Source: Octopus sinensis
Taxonomy: Eukaryota
Assembly (NCBI RefSeq): GCF_006345805.1
Contig: NW_021829015.1
Location: forward strand, 1 to 6,594
Reading direction: 5' to 3'
DNA length: 6,594 bases
Within the stretch, counting starts at the first letter, position 1. Each line of letters begins with the position of its first letter. Under the pieces are notes generated by a model, which worked only from the letters and a program-made list of their open reading frames with translations, had not been told where the DNA came from and did no database searches. This document shows, in pieces, positions 6,460 through 6,594 of the stretch. Both the position numbers and the translations under genes were made by a program.

Positions 6460-6529
6460 TTAGACATATGATAAAATACGTTCCAACCATGACCGTCCGG
6501 TTTCATTTCCAAATTCAGTTCATCTAGAA
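6460..6529 (+). repeat. Dispersed repeat copy B
   Basis: 58/70 identities to 4599-4668. T-rich similarity (ttgtatat.ttt) continues loosely downstream of both copies. Confidence 0.85.
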
Positions 6530-6594
6530 GTACTTTATATTATACGACCTTTTTATTTTTGTATATCTTTTTGACTGCCATTCGGCTGCCATTT

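Overview
AT-rich, microsatellite-dense eukaryotic DNA, most likely intronic or intergenic. The SINE-like repeats resemble cephalopod (Octopus-type) tRNA-derived SINEs; that assignment comes from my recall of these families, not from a database search. The window holds at least four tRNA-derived SINE-type pieces: (i) a decayed head at 134-204 (-); (ii) a head-to-tail trimeric element at ~954-1984 (+) with a separate 3' fragment at ~824-917; (iii) an apparently complete ~390-bp SINE at 1517-1906 nested in the third trimer unit and flanked by a perfect 10-bp target-site duplication; (iv) a CORE-like SINE at ~5135-5537. It also has a 70-bp dispersed repeat pair (4599-4668 and 6460-6529), a 20-bp triplet carrying a Pol III B box, and many compound microsatellites. 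Nearly all ORFs in the supplied track are microsatellite or SINE artefacts. I recognise no gene, rRNA, genuine tRNA, CRISPR array or prokaryotic system. A few unique-sequence islands have splice-site-bounded open frames and could be small exons, but this is unproven. The best-supported points of interest are the SINE nesting, the trimer architecture, a hairpin module shared by SINEs with different heads, and an inverted (TATG)n/(CATA)n fold-back. I see no convincing evidence for a new biological system.
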